Shown: positions 44,947 to 53,441 of the stretch, piece after piece
How the letters are laid out: each line of letters begins with the position of its first letter
Position numbering within the stretch: the stretch's first letter is position 1
Origin: an uncultured bacterium
Lineage (GTDB): Bacteria > Patescibacteriota > Minisyncoccia > UBA6257 > GWB1-50-10
Assembly: GCA_963713955.1 (NCBI GenBank)
Contig: OY970216.1
Location: 506,252 to 570,251 of the forward strand
Direction of reading: 5' to 3'
DNA length: 64,000 nucleotides
Translations under genes and position numbers: made by a program
Notes under the pieces: model-generated
Told to the model about the DNA's origin: nothing
Database searches by the model: none
Seen by the model: the letters and a program-made list of their open reading frames with translations, nothing else

Positions 44947-45584
44947 GCGAACTATACGATAAATACAAAATACCGACGTCACTCCGGACGCACATGATAA
45001 GAGTCGCCGGCGTCGCTTCGATCATCTGCCGGAACTTCAAAGGACCCATCGAAACGGACGAGATCATATCAGCGTGCCTTTTGCACGACATGGGAAACAT
45101 CATCAAATTCAACTTGGACGCCCTTCCAGAACTTCTGGAACCAGAAGGGAAGGGTTACTGGTCCCTCATCCAGAAGGACTTTATAGCCCGGTACGGTAAC
45201 GACGAACACAAGGCGACTCTCGCGATCGCGAAGGAAGCGGAGATCTCCGACCGGGTGTACAATTTGATAAAATCTTTCGGGTTCGGAAAAGCGTGCGAAC
45301 GGGCCGAGGACGACGACTTCCCGAAGAAAATATGCAATTATTCCGACCAACGAGTCGGGCCGTTCGGCGTTTTATCACTCAAAGAAAGGATACGGGAAGG
45401 AAGCAACCGATTCATTGCGTCAGGCAGAAAGCCGCCCGAAGACGAAAGGTCGTTCGAAGAATCGGTATCCTGCTTGGGAAATCTCGAGAAACAGGTTTTT
45501 GACCGATGTTCCCTGAAACCCGAGGATATCACCGACTCATTGGTGGAAACCGAGACAAAAAACATCCAAGCATTCTGGATGTAA
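44931..45584 (+). CDS. HD-domain phosphohydrolase
   Basis: H...HD motif (THMIRVAGVAS...ACLLHDMGNI). Start taken at the in-frame ATG at 44931 (alternative 44904). Confidence 0.6.
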   Translation: MPRKISELYDKYKIPTSLRTHMIRVAGVASIICRNFKGPIETDEIISACLLHDMGNIIKFNLDALPELLEPEGKGYWSLIQKDFIARYGNDEHKATLAIAKEAEISDRVYNLIKSFGFGKACERAEDDDFPKKICNYSDQRVGPFGVLSLKERIREGSNRFIASGRKPPEDERSFEESVSCLGNLEKQVFDRCSLKPEDITDSLVETETKNIQAFWM

Positions 45585-45648
45585 AAACAATGACAAGAAT
45601 TCTGCCCCTGGTGGGGCAACTTGAATAAGCACAAAAAGCGGAGGTAAG

Positions 45649-46110
45649 ATGAAAAACGTGGACACAGACAAAAAATATCCAAGGGTCGGCGCGGGAGCGA
45701 TGATTTTGAAAGACGGGAAGGTGCTCCTCGGAAAAAGACACGACGACCCCGAAAAGGCATCGAGCGCTCTCCACGGGGAAGGTACGTGGACGATGCCCGG
45801 CGGGAAAATCGATTTTCAGGAAAAAATCGACGATGGCATCCTCCGCGAGGTGTTCGAAGAAACCGGTGTCAGGATAAAAAAAGAAGATTTGAAACTCTTA
45901 AGCGTCACGAACGACATCGTCAAAGACGCTCATTTCGTGACGATCGGGTTTCTCTGCGAGAAATTCGAAGGAGAACCCCGCGCGATGGAACCCGATGAAA
46001 TCGTCGAATGGCGATGGTTTCCGATAAACGGCCTTCCCGCGCCGATGTACCCCACGAGCAAAAAAATGATCGAACATTACCTTGCAAAGAAGATTTACAT
46101 AACATCATGA
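45649..46110 (+). CDS. NUDIX hydrolase
   Basis: Nudix box GGKIDFQEKIDDGILREVFEETGV. Confidence 0.8.
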   Translation: MKNVDTDKKYPRVGAGAMILKDGKVLLGKRHDDPEKASSALHGEGTWTMPGGKIDFQEKIDDGILREVFEETGVRIKKEDLKLLSVTNDIVKDAHFVTIGFLCEKFEGEPRAMEPDEIVEWRWFPINGLPAPMYPTSKKMIEHYLAKKIYITS

Positions 46111-46586
46111 GCCCTCCGCGCATGAAAAAACTGCTCACCCTTTGCATAATATACGAACACCCCCGGATACTCCTTGGCATGAAAAAACGGGGGTTCGGCA
46201 AGGGGAGGTGGAATGGCTTCGGCGGGAAGGTGGAAAAGGGAGAAACAATAGAAGAAGCGGCAAAACGAGAACTAACCGAGGAAGTTGGCGTTATGCCCCA
46301 TTCTCTCGAGAAGCGCGGCATCATCGAATTCGAATTCAAGGACAATCCCGAGATTCTAGAGATGCATATTTTCTGCGTAAACGGTTTCGCCGGGACGCCG
46401 AAAGAAAGCGACGAGATGAAACCCCAGTGGTTTGACGTAAGCGAGATTCCCTTCGATTCAATGTGGTCGGATGACAAATATTGGCTGCCATCGTTTCTGA
46501 ACGACAAAAAATTCAAAGGTAAATTTTTCTTCGACGTCTCCGAAAATGTCATCGACAAAGAATTTGACGAAGTCGAGAATTTATGA
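46107..46586 (+). CDS. NUDIX hydrolase, MTH1/NUDT1-like (8-oxo-dGTP diphosphatase-type signature)
   Basis: GFGKGRWNGFGGKVEKGETIEEAAKRELTEEVGV closely matches the NUDT1 signature. ATGA overlap with the upstream gene. Confidence 0.75.
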   Translation: MSPPRMKKLLTLCIIYEHPRILLGMKKRGFGKGRWNGFGGKVEKGETIEEAAKRELTEEVGVMPHSLEKRGIIEFEFKDNPEILEMHIFCVNGFAGTPKESDEMKPQWFDVSEIPFDSMWSDDKYWLPSFLNDKKFKGKFFFDVSENVIDKEFDEVENL

Positions 46587-47044
46587 AACCCAAGAGATTC
46601 AAACCCAAACGAGGACAAGTTGACTATCGCCACATCCACTGGGCGCCAGTCATAAACTGTGTATTGAAATGCGGCGACAAGATTCTCTTGGTCCACCGGA
46701 ACAAGAACATGAACTTGTACCCCGGATACTGGAGCGGCATCTCGGGATTTCTCGACGACGACAAAAGCCTCGAAGAGAAAGTCGCCGAGGAAGTAAAGGA
46801 GGAATTGGGCATCGACAAGAAAAAGATAGTGAAAATAAAACTGGGAGAAATATTCGACCAGGAAGACCCCGCAAACAAAAAGACCTGGATTGTCCATCCC
46901 GTATTTGTGGAAATCAAGCCGGGTGAGATAAAATTGAATTGGGAAGCCGAAGGTTATCGATGGATCAAGCCAAGAGAAGCACAAAAACTGAAACTGATAC
47001 CGAATTTCGACAAAGTTCTCGAAAAACTATCACAATGGCTGTGA
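46583..47044 (+). CDS. NUDIX hydrolase
   Basis: Nudix box SGFLDDDKSLEEKVAEEVKEELGI. Confidence 0.7.
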   Translation: MKPKRFKPKRGQVDYRHIHWAPVINCVLKCGDKILLVHRNKNMNLYPGYWSGISGFLDDDKSLEEKVAEEVKEELGIDKKKIVKIKLGEIFDQEDPANKKTWIVHPVFVEIKPGEIKLNWEAEGYRWIKPREAQKLKLIPNFDKVLEKLSQWL

Positions 47045-47580
47045 AAAAAAGAAAATCAAAGAAAAAGAAGCTGGTCGTCGTCGCCGTGAGCGGTGGCTTC
47101 GACCCGCTCCACATCGGTCATACCCGACTTTTCCGCCACGCGCGAACGTTAGGCGACAAGCTAGTCGTTATTCTCAACAATGACCACTGGCTCCGTAAGA
47201 AGAGAGGATTTGTGTTCATGTCGGAGCATGAAAGAAAGGAAGTCATTGAGGCGCTCCGCGATGTTGATCGTGTTATCCTCACGAAACACCCAAGGAACCC
47301 GAAAGGTCCCGAAGATATGAGCGTTAGTCGCGAACTTCGGAAACTCATGCCGGACATCTTCGTAAACGGCGGAGACCGGAACGAAAAAGACGCAGCAAAC
47401 CCCGCCTCATCGCTTTACCACGACGTCAATACCTGCAGGGCGCTCGGAATCAAAATGATATTCAATGTCGGCCACGGGGGCAAGATACAATCAAGCTCGT
47501 GGCTCCTCGCCGAATACGCGGATAACCTGCACCGCCAATCAAAGGCTGAACGGAGAAAAAAATGGAAGAAAAAGAAGTAA
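47035..47580 (+). CDS. Cytidylyltransferase-like nucleotidyltransferase (HxGH class. CTP:glycerol-3-P cytidylyltransferase / HldE domain II-like)
   Basis: VVAVSGGFDPLHIGHTRLFRHAR (HIGH motif), ...ILTKHP. Lys-rich N- and C-termini. Confidence 0.65.
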   Translation: MAVKKRKSKKKKLVVVAVSGGFDPLHIGHTRLFRHARTLGDKLVVILNNDHWLRKKRGFVFMSEHERKEVIEALRDVDRVILTKHPRNPKGPEDMSVSRELRKLMPDIFVNGGDRNEKDAANPASSLYHDVNTCRALGIKMIFNVGHGGKIQSSSWLLAEYADNLHRQSKAERRKKWKKKK

Positions 47581-48137
47581 AGTTCCTCAACATTGACAAG
47601 GAGGAGTTGGAGAAAAAGCTTGAGGAAATCGGCGCTCGAAAAGCAGGGGATTATTTTTACAAGAGGATAGTTTTCGATTACCCCGATTTCCGCTTGAACA
47701 AAAGCGGTGCATGGATCCGTCTCCGCGACGAGGGGGACAGAATAACGTTGTCGTTCAAGCAGAGACTCGGCATAAAATCGGATAAGGGCGACGACGAGGG
47801 GATGAAAGAGATCGAGGTCGTCGTCGACGACTTCGACAAAACCGCTACGCTTCTTTCCGAGCTTGGATTCATCGAAAAGCACTATGCCGAGAACAAGAGA
47901 ACCCGCTGGGAGAAGGACGGCGTGGAATTCGACATTGACACCTGGCCGGCTCTGGAACCCTACCTTGAAATAGAATCATCGACATGGGAAAAAGTGGAGG
48001 AAGCGATCAGTTGGTTGGGGTTGAATCCCGCGGACAAAAGAATATTCTCCGCGAACCAAATTTACAAAATGAAGGGTATTAACGTGATCGACTATGTCCA
48101 CTTCGGCTTCGATAAACTTGTAAAAAGAGAGAAATGA
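47562..48137 (+). CDS. CYTH-domain protein (paralog of 18471..19013)
   Basis: MEEKEVKFLNIDKEELEKKLEEIGAR... has the same architecture and motifs as the first CYTH protein. Confidence 0.6.
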   Translation: MEEKEVKFLNIDKEELEKKLEEIGARKAGDYFYKRIVFDYPDFRLNKSGAWIRLRDEGDRITLSFKQRLGIKSDKGDDEGMKEIEVVVDDFDKTATLLSELGFIEKHYAENKRTRWEKDGVEFDIDTWPALEPYLEIESSTWEKVEEAISWLGLNPADKRIFSANQIYKMKGINVIDYVHFGFDKLVKREK

Positions 48138-48385
48138 TTGGAGAAGCAAAAAATTTGAAAACCGGGAGATACAAACACTACAAAGGCGACATCGTTGAGG
48201 TCACCGGAATCTCACTTCACAGTGAAACATTGGAAGAATTCGTGACTTACAAACACATCACCGGCAAACGAGCAGGCGAACCGCACTTCTGGGTCCGCCC
48301 GCTCAAAATGTTCCTGGAAAGCGTAAAAATCAACGGAGAAACAATTCCGCGCTTCAAATACCTCGGCAAACTCATCAGCAAATAG
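48134..48385 (+). CDS. DUF1653-family small protein
   Basis: GRYKHYKGDIVEVTGISLHSETLEEFVTYKHITGKRAGEPHFWVRPLKMF matches the DUF1653 (YKHYKG..Y...HSET.E..V.Y) pattern. Confidence 0.55.
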   Translation: MIGEAKNLKTGRYKHYKGDIVEVTGISLHSETLEEFVTYKHITGKRAGEPHFWVRPLKMFLESVKINGETIPRFKYLGKLISK

Positions 48386-48391
48386 CGCTGA

Positions 48392-48423
48392 GGAGGGTGG
48401 TCTAACGCATTAGACCACCCTCC
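48392..48423. terminator. Perfect palindrome GGAGGGTGGTCTAAcgcaTTAGACCACCCTCC between convergent genes (family member 2)
   Basis: 14-bp arms with a 4-nt loop. Same GGGTGGTCTAA arm as 9093-9118. Confidence 0.6.
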
Positions 48424-48535
48424 CATAAATCCCGTTAGAAGCTCACAGGGGGTATTCAACTCCGTGTTCACTATGGAGACTAAGCATTCATCCCCGCGGC
48501 TTGCCGCGGGGTTTTCTGCTTCTAACGGGATAAAA

Positions 48536-48910
48536 CTACCCATTTAAGAAATCCCACCGATGACTTCCATAACCGGGAAGTCTTCTTTTTTGGGGCGCTC
48601 TATCGGGATAATGTTGAGGATAATGCTGGACAGGAACGTTGCTTTTCTTCAGGCCGCGCTTGACGAAAACAACAGTCATTTTAGAGACGTCGGCTTTTTT
48701 GCTTGTTTCTCTCAAACTTTCCCCTTTCCTCAGGAAGTAAATGGTGGCCAATCTTTTTTCAAGAAGATTAATCTCGTTTTCCGTTAAAAATCTCCGAAGC
48801 AAATCAGCCGGTTCATCATACTCATTGATTTTCTTAACTTCACGCCGAAAAACATCCCAAATGTCTTCTTTCAGTTTTTGATCCAGATGTTTTTTACTGC
48901 TTCTCGGCAT
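48536..48910 (-). CDS. TrpR/YerC-family helix-turn-helix DNA-binding protein
   Basis: LLRRFLTENEINLLEKRLATIYFLRKGESLRETSKKADVSKMTVVFVKRGLK resembles YerC/YecD (Trp-repressor-like). Start chosen at Met-36 of the longest ORF so that the upstream palindrome is non-coding. Confidence 0.45.
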   Translation of the reverse strand: MPRSSKKHLDQKLKEDIWDVFRREVKKINEYDEPADLLRRFLTENEINLLEKRLATIYFLRKGESLRETSKKADVSKMTVVFVKRGLKKSNVPVQHYPQHYPDRAPQKRRLPGYGSHRWDFLNG

Positions 48911-48914
48911 ATAC

Positions 48915-48943
48915 AAGGGTGGTCTAACACATTGTACCACCTT
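48915..48943. repeat. Imperfect member of the GGGTGGTCTAAC palindrome family (AAGGGTGGTCTAACACATTGTACCACCTT). It lies 5 nt upstream of the 48910 start codon, in a divergent promoter region
   Basis: Same left arm as the other two copies. The right arm is degenerate. Confidence 0.5.
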
Positions 48944-48984
48944 TGATAACCTCCCGAAAGCGACATATAATTTATGATACTTGA

Positions 48985-49953
48985 ATGAAAAAATCACTGG
49001 TAATCGCTCTGCCATTAATCTTTATTTTGGGGATAAGTTATTACTTCTTTCTTGCCGCACCGCAAGCGAACGAGGCGCCTGAAAGATTCGTCGTTTCGCT
49101 GGGAGAGAGTAAATCCCAAGCGGTACGGGATTTGTCCAATCAAGGATTCGTGAAAAGTGAGATGGGGATCGGCCTGGCATTGCTTCTCGAGGGAAACTCG
49201 GCCATAAATCCCGGCGGATACAAGATTTCGAAGAGTACGAACGCTTTCCAAGTAGCCTCGGTCTTGAGCCAGCCGCCGTACATGGAATGGGTGGCAGTCC
49301 CGGAAGGATTAAGAAAGGAAGAGATCGCTGATCTTTTGGAGAATTCGCTCGGCTGGAATGATGACACCAAAAACCAGTTCCTGAATGCCTACCAAACGCT
49401 CGGCGGAAAGGACTACCAAGAGGGAGTCTACTTCCCGAGCACTTATCTTTTACCGATTGATGAAAACGGAGAGCAAATCGCCGAGCGTTTCATAACTCAG
49501 TTCAACGAAAGCTTCGCGCCGTTCGCCTCGGAAGCGGCTGCTCAAAACGTAAAATGGACCACGGCCCTCAAGATTGCTTCCATAATACAAAGGGAAGCGG
49601 CTGGAACAAGCGATATGGCGCTCATATCCGGAATAATCTGGAACCGCTTACTCAAGAATATGCCGCTCGACATAGACGCGACAGTCGAATACGCGAGAGG
49701 GAACGCCGGGAACGGCTACTGGGCGCCGCTTTCTGTTTCAGATCTCAAAATCGACTCGCCGTATAACACGTACCTCCACGCCGGACTTCCGCCGACGCCG
49801 ATCGCAAATCCGGGGATCGCCGCCATAAGCGCGGCACTCCATCCCGCGACGACCCCCTGCCTCTACTACCTCCACGATCCAAGCAAGATCATTCACTGCG
49901 CCAACACGTACGCGGAGCAGGAATTGAACGTCCAAAAATACCTGAAGCAATGA
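48985..49953 (+). CDS. mltG: Endolytic murein transglycosylase MltG (YceG family)
   Basis: N-terminal TM, catalytic region ...IASIIQREAAGTSDMALISGIIWNRL...SPYNTYLHAGLPPTPIANPG. Confidence 0.85.
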   Translation: MKKSLVIALPLIFILGISYYFFLAAPQANEAPERFVVSLGESKSQAVRDLSNQGFVKSEMGIGLALLLEGNSAINPGGYKISKSTNAFQVASVLSQPPYMEWVAVPEGLRKEEIADLLENSLGWNDDTKNQFLNAYQTLGGKDYQEGVYFPSTYLLPIDENGEQIAERFITQFNESFAPFASEAAAQNVKWTTALKIASIIQREAAGTSDMALISGIIWNRLLKNMPLDIDATVEYARGNAGNGYWAPLSVSDLKIDSPYNTYLHAGLPPTPIANPGIAAISAALHPATTPCLYYLHDPSKIIHCANTYAEQELNVQKYLKQ

Positions 49954-50903
49954 ACCGCGATCGAGAAATAATAAAACACATCTTTGGAAAAGGTACCCAC
50001 GTCACAAGCATAAAGACGATCCGACATCACGGTTCGAGCAGGATAGCTGTCGCGCGAATAACCCACCCGACCGCGACGCTCGTTCTCAAATCCTACGCAG
50101 AAAGCAAGATCACTCATCGTGAATTCGGGAATCTCCTGAACGCGAATTCGATCCCCGGCGTAAAAACGCCAAAGTGTTTCGGATATCACCAAGATACCAT
50201 CGTAGAAGAGTACCTAAGAGGAAAGATTTTCCAGAACATCATCAACGCGAATCCTCGTAAACACTTGGATGATTTGTTTGTTCGATCCATTGAGAATCTT
50301 GCGGAAATACACTCTTCGTTCTCGAAGATCAAAGACAAGAAAGCCGTGAGGAACATATTCGACAGAAAACGCGCCGAAGAGCGCATCGAGGAATCCTTGC
50401 GAATGATCCGGGAGGAAGGATTCGAATCCTACGAAAAACTGGTCGGTATTATCAACCCCTCGTGGCAAAAAGCGCTCGCCGCCGTGGATGTGGAAAAGTT
50501 AGTCAAGAATCTCGGTGTGACGTCGAGGAATTTTGTCTTGGGTCACGGCGACTATAAGCCGAACAACCTGATTTTCACAAAAGATGGGTTGATCTACACG
50601 CTGGATTGGCTCAATATGTCAAAATCGCAACCCTGGTACGATCTGGCATATCTCCTTGTAAGCGTCCCGTGGAAGCGGAAGGAAATCTTCGTCGATGCCT
50701 ACCTGAAAAACATGAAGAAAAGGGGATTCCTGAAAAACGTAAGAGGCAAGGAGGCATACATTCTCTTCAAGAGCGGAGCCATTTTTCAAGAAATCATACG
50801 AGCAAGATCCAATTCCCACCGAATGGAATCAGTGAAAAACCGGCACAACATAAGCCAATTCAAAGCCGCCATGGACGGTCTTTGTGAAATTTTACTGGAT
50901 TAA
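49950..50903 (+). CDS. Phosphotransferase-family kinase (APH/choline-kinase-like fold)
   Basis: Brenner motif VLGHGDYKPNNLIF and DW (TLDWLN) of the APH/ChoK family. Confidence 0.55.
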   Translation: MNRDREIIKHIFGKGTHVTSIKTIRHHGSSRIAVARITHPTATLVLKSYAESKITHREFGNLLNANSIPGVKTPKCFGYHQDTIVEEYLRGKIFQNIINANPRKHLDDLFVRSIENLAEIHSSFSKIKDKKAVRNIFDRKRAEERIEESLRMIREEGFESYEKLVGIINPSWQKALAAVDVEKLVKNLGVTSRNFVLGHGDYKPNNLIFTKDGLIYTLDWLNMSKSQPWYDLAYLLVSVPWKRKEIFVDAYLKNMKKRGFLKNVRGKEAYILFKSGAIFQEIIRARSNSHRMESVKNRHNISQFKAAMDGLCEILLD

Positions 50904-51017
50904 GCATGAAAAATCGTGCTAAAATAGGCGGAAGACCGGGTAATCCGGCATATCGAACTCAAGCAACATTCCGATACCGCCAGTATTTGAAAGTTAAAAA
51001 GATCAAAGCAAAAAATC

Positions 51018-51692
51018 ATGAACGGTAAATTGTATGTCGTGGGAACCCCCATCGGCAATCTCAAGGATATAACGGAGAGAGGAATCGAGACGCTCCAAGG
51101 CGCCGATTTGATATTGGCGGAAGATACGCGCGTCACCGGGAGACTTTTAAACCATCTCGGCCTCAAAAAACCGGTGTGGCGGTACGACGAGTACGCGGAC
51201 AACCGCCTCTACGAAAGAATCCTGGAATTTCTGGGATCGGGAAAGAATATAGCCGTCGTGACCGATGCCGGCACGCCGAGCATCGCCGATCCCGGCTCGA
51301 AACTCGTCGCATTCGTAAGAGAGAGGCTCCCGGACATAAAAATAGTGCCGATCCCGGGACCCTCGGCCATCATAGCGGCCCTCTCCGTTTCCGGCTTGAA
51401 TGCCGACCGATTCACGTTCGCAGGATATCCCCCGCACAAAAAAGGCAGACAAACATTTTTCAAGGAAATCAAAGAGATGAAGACAAGACCTGTCGTGATA
51501 TATGAGTCGCCGCACCGGTTGCAAAAAACGCTGGGCGATCTCAAAAAAATATGCGAGTGCGGCGATTCAATAACCATAGCCAAGGAGCTCACGAAAATCC
51601 ACGAAGAAATTTGGAACGGCACTGCTGAAGAGGCACAAAGACATTTTGAAAAAAAGAGAGGTAAGGGAGAGTTCGTGATCATCATACCGTAA
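51018..51692 (+). CDS. rsmI: 16S rRNA (cytidine1402-2'-O)-methyltransferase RsmI (tetrapyrrole methylase fold)
   Basis: GKLYVVGTPIGNLKDIT, ILAEDTR, IAVVTDAGTPSIADPG. Confidence 0.85.
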   Translation: MNGKLYVVGTPIGNLKDITERGIETLQGADLILAEDTRVTGRLLNHLGLKKPVWRYDEYADNRLYERILEFLGSGKNIAVVTDAGTPSIADPGSKLVAFVRERLPDIKIVPIPGPSAIIAALSVSGLNADRFTFAGYPPHKKGRQTFFKEIKEMKTRPVVIYESPHRLQKTLGDLKKICECGDSITIAKELTKIHEEIWNGTAEEAQRHFEKKRGKGEFVIIIP

Positions 51693-52291
51693 TGGCTTAC
51701 CGGGGGAAAAGAATATTGGATCTCGTCGTGGCAATTCCAACGTCAATCCTGACGGCTCTCTTGACTCCCTTCGTAGGGCTCGCAATAACGCTGGAAGACG
51801 GCTTCCCGATATTCATGAGACTAGACAGAATAAGCGAAGGGAAAGTGATAAAGGTCTGGAAATTCCGATCCATGGTCAAAGGCGCTCCCGATATGAAGAA
51901 GGAGCTGGAAAAACTCAACGAAAGAAAAGACGGACCTCTCTTCAAGATAAAAAACGATCCGAGATTGACGGAAACGGGCAAGATCTTGAGAAAATTCAGA
52001 ATCGATGAGTTTCCCCAGGCGTGGAACGTCCTCTCGGGCGAGATTTCTCTCGTGGGGCCGCGGCCGCACGAACCGAAAGAAATAACGGCATACCCGCCCG
52101 AATTCAAGAAGCTCTCGACGGCAAAGGCAGGCCTCACGGGACTGTCACAGGTAAGCGGCGCCTCAAAGCTGCCGTTCCGGGAGGAGGTGTCGCTTGATCT
52201 CTATTACGTAGAAAACGAATCCTTCCCAATGGACCTCAAAATACTCTGGAAAACGATCGTGATTTTTCTCTCCGATCCGACCGGAGTCTAG
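51692..52291 (+). CDS. Undecaprenyl-phosphate sugar phosphotransferase (bacterial sugar transferase, WbaP/PglC-like, short form)
   Basis: FPIFMRLDRIS..G..I.VWKFRSM, GPLFKIKNDPRLT, EFPQAWNVLSGEISLVGPRP. Confidence 0.8.
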   Translation: MAYRGKRILDLVVAIPTSILTALLTPFVGLAITLEDGFPIFMRLDRISEGKVIKVWKFRSMVKGAPDMKKELEKLNERKDGPLFKIKNDPRLTETGKILRKFRIDEFPQAWNVLSGEISLVGPRPHEPKEITAYPPEFKKLSTAKAGLTGLSQVSGASKLPFREEVSLDLYYVENESFPMDLKILWKTIVIFLSDPTGV

Positions 52292-52339
52292 TTACCAGTT
52301 ACTTGTTACTGATTGCTGTTCCGCTGTAGAATTGAACTA

Positions 52340-53437
52340 ATGAAAGTGGCGATTTTGCACGATTATTTGAACCAATTCGGGGGGGCGGAGAGGGTCGTAA
52401 AGGTATTCCTCGAAATGTTTCCCGACGCCGACCTTTATACGCTCCTCTACGACGAGAAGAAAACCAGCGGCCTTTTTTCCAAAAACATAAAGAAAACGAG
52501 TTTCCTGGACAACGCCTTCGTGAGAAAACATCACCGGATGTTTATCCCGCTTATGCCTTTGGCAAGCCGTCTTTTGACTTCCCGGGAAGAGTACGATCTC
52601 ATCATTTCCTCTTCCGCCGGCTACGGAAAGGGGATCAACGTCCGCGGGCAATATCACATCGACTACTGCCACACGCCCTTGCGGTACGCGTGGGAGATAG
52701 ATTACCTCAAAAACTTATCCATATCCCCCAAAAGACTCTCCAACGTAGTAGCGTATCCCATAGCGGAGTGGCTTCGGAATTGGGACAAGAAAGCCTCCTC
52801 CCGGGTGAATCTTTTCATAGCCAACTCGAACTTCATAGCCGAAAAGATAAGATCGTACTACGAGCGGGACGCCGTGGTCGTAAATCCGCCGGTAAATCTC
52901 AAAACCTTCTTTCCCGAAAACGTCCCGACTAAAAAGGACTACTATCTCATGGTCGGCAGGCTTCTTTACTACAAGGGATTCGACATAGGCATAACGGCCT
53001 TTAACCATCTCCGGAAATCGCTCAAAATCGTCGGCCGCGGTCCGGAACTCAAAAAGCTACAAAAAATGGTTCGATCTCCTTCCATCGAATTCGTAACCGG
53101 TGCGAGCGACAGCGATCTCCGAGCACTCTACTCGGGGGCAAGAGCTCTCATATTCCCGCAGATAGAAGACTTCGGCCTGGTCGCGGCGGAGGCCCAAGCC
53201 TGCGGCACGCCCGTCATCGCCTATGACAAAGGGGGAATCCGGGACATCGTCACAAACAAAAAAACCGGACTGTTTTTTGAAGAGCAAACTCCCGAGGCTA
53301 TCCGGGAAGCGATCAGAGATTTTGAAAACATGCATTTTTCAAGACAACTCATAGCAAAATCAGCCGAAAGATTCTCGAGGGAAAATTTCATAAAAAACTT
53401 CCTCAGCGTTCTCAACGAGTATGGAATAAAGTTTTAG
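52340..53437 (+). CDS. Glycosyltransferase family 4 (GT-B)
   Basis: MKVAILHDY... C-terminal EDFGLVAAEAQACGTPVIAYDKGG (E-x7-E region). Confidence 0.75.
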   Translation: MKVAILHDYLNQFGGAERVVKVFLEMFPDADLYTLLYDEKKTSGLFSKNIKKTSFLDNAFVRKHHRMFIPLMPLASRLLTSREEYDLIISSSAGYGKGINVRGQYHIDYCHTPLRYAWEIDYLKNLSISPKRLSNVVAYPIAEWLRNWDKKASSRVNLFIANSNFIAEKIRSYYERDAVVVNPPVNLKTFFPENVPTKKDYYLMVGRLLYYKGFDIGITAFNHLRKSLKIVGRGPELKKLQKMVRSPSIEFVTGASDSDLRALYSGARALIFPQIEDFGLVAAEAQACGTPVIAYDKGGIRDIVTNKKTGLFFEEQTPEAIREAIRDFENMHFSRQLIAKSAERFSRENFIKNFLSVLNEYGIKF

Positions 53438-53441
53438 CTTC

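Noticed and set aside
45920-46984. Long antisense ORFs (for example 45920..46984 -, 354 aa; 55575..56693 -, 372 aa; 36527..37333 -, 268 aa; 53742..54440 -; 62898..63539 -; 4544..5179 -)
   Set aside because: Each lies opposite a + strand gene with clear conserved-family motifs (NUDIX cluster, DUF4012, ftsI, GT4, uvrB, secY). The antisense translations are Arg/Ser/Pro-rich as expected for GC-skewed antisense frames.
48911-49015. N-terminal 35-aa extension of the 48536..49015 minus-strand ORF
   Set aside because: The extension would be translated through the GGGTGGTCTAAC palindrome and has no protein-like character. The Met at 48910 gives a protein that begins at the recognisable YerC/TrpR-like domain.
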